This document shows, piece by piece, positions 31,680 through 32,000 of a DNA stretch of 32,000 nucleotides. The notes below the pieces were generated by a model that was not told the origin of the DNA, did not search any database, and saw only the letters and a program-made list of their open reading frames with translations. Source of the stretch: Mycolicibacterium smegmatis. GTDB taxonomy: Bacteria; Actinomycetota; Actinomycetes; Mycobacteriales; Mycobacteriaceae. The position numbers were made by a program, and so were the translations under genes. Position 1 is the first letter of the stretch, and each line of letters begins with the position of its first letter. The DNA is taken from assembly GCF_001457595.1 (NCBI RefSeq), contig NZ_LN831039.1:2970001-3002000 (forward strand), given 5' to 3'.

Positions 31680-32000
31680 TCAGTGCTTGGCCGGATCGAA
31701 GCGGCGCTCGGTACGAAGCTGCGGAGGCACCTGTGAGATCAGCACCTGAGCGCGTTCGGCCATGGCCGAGCCGACATACTCGGGTTGGGTCAGCAGGTAG
31801 AACGCCCCGCGCGCCGACTGCTCGAAGATCGCCTCTGCCGCGTCGATGGGATCCATTGCGGCGGCCTTGATGTCGAGCATCGCCTCGCGCTGCGACTCGG
31901 CCGCGTTCACGTCGGCGCCGTCCTGCCCGGAGTCCACCCCGCCCGCTGCCTCGAAGATGTTCGACTTCACCGCACCCGGCAGCACCGCCTGCACGTGCAC
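31680..32000 (-). CDS. Short-chain dehydrogenase/reductase, C-terminal part only (5' end outside the window)
   Basis: The translation ...VHVQAVLPGAVKSNIFEAAG... resembles the region after the SDR catalytic YxxxK. The stop lies 8 nt upstream of the esterase start, so the two are probably co-transcribed. Confidence 0.6.
   Translation of the reverse strand: MHVQAVLPGAVKSNIFEAAGGVDSGQDGADVNAAESQREAMLDIKAAAMDPIDAAEAIFEQSARGAFYLLTQPEYVGSAMAERAQVLISQVPPQLRTERRFDPAKH

Noticed and set aside
1-32000. Search for CRISPR arrays, IS/transposase or integrase genes, tRNA/rRNA, phage or defence-system genes, and abrupt composition shifts
   Set aside because: None was seen. Every gap longer than 100 bp was read on both strands and contains only the short dyads reported. 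The window looks like core or accessory metabolic chromosome rather than a mobile island.

Overview
This is a densely coding, high-GC segment (roughly two-thirds G+C by eye) with strong G/C bias at third codon positions. The gene content is typical of Mycobacteriaceae, probably a fast-growing Mycolicibacterium; that assignment is an inference. I saw no rRNA, tRNA, CRISPR array, transposase or integrase. In order, the window contains: (1) a minus-strand Dpp/Opp-type ABC importer (lipoprotein binding protein, two permeases, fused double ATPase cut by the window edge); (2) a small detox-like module of a DHA2 MFS pump divergent from an HxlR regulator, plus a Ddn-like F420-type nitroreductase; (3) a small secreted protein and an SDR; (4) a complete, translationally coupled mce operon (yrbEA, yrbEB, mceA-F), followed unusually by three small secreted Cys-containing protein genes, one MmpS-like, before the two Mce-associated membrane protein (mas) genes; (5) directly abutting this, a steroid-ring module centred on a PadR regulator: thioesterase, two KstD-like flavoproteins, a KshA-like Rieske oxygenase, a coupled 92-aa four-Cys protein, an SDR, a third FAD flavoprotein, an uncharacterised 358-aa protein with an HxD...H motif, an HSL-family esterase and a partial SDR. 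The best candidate for an undescribed system is the Mce transporter with its extra secreted accessory genes joined to the PadR/KstD/KshA module, which may be a steroid uptake-plus-catabolism unit distinct from KstR-controlled Mce4. Compact palindromic hairpins that contain or abut stop codons recur at gene junctions. Start codons are chosen by eye from SD spacing and homology expectations, and all family assignments come from motif recognition rather than searches.
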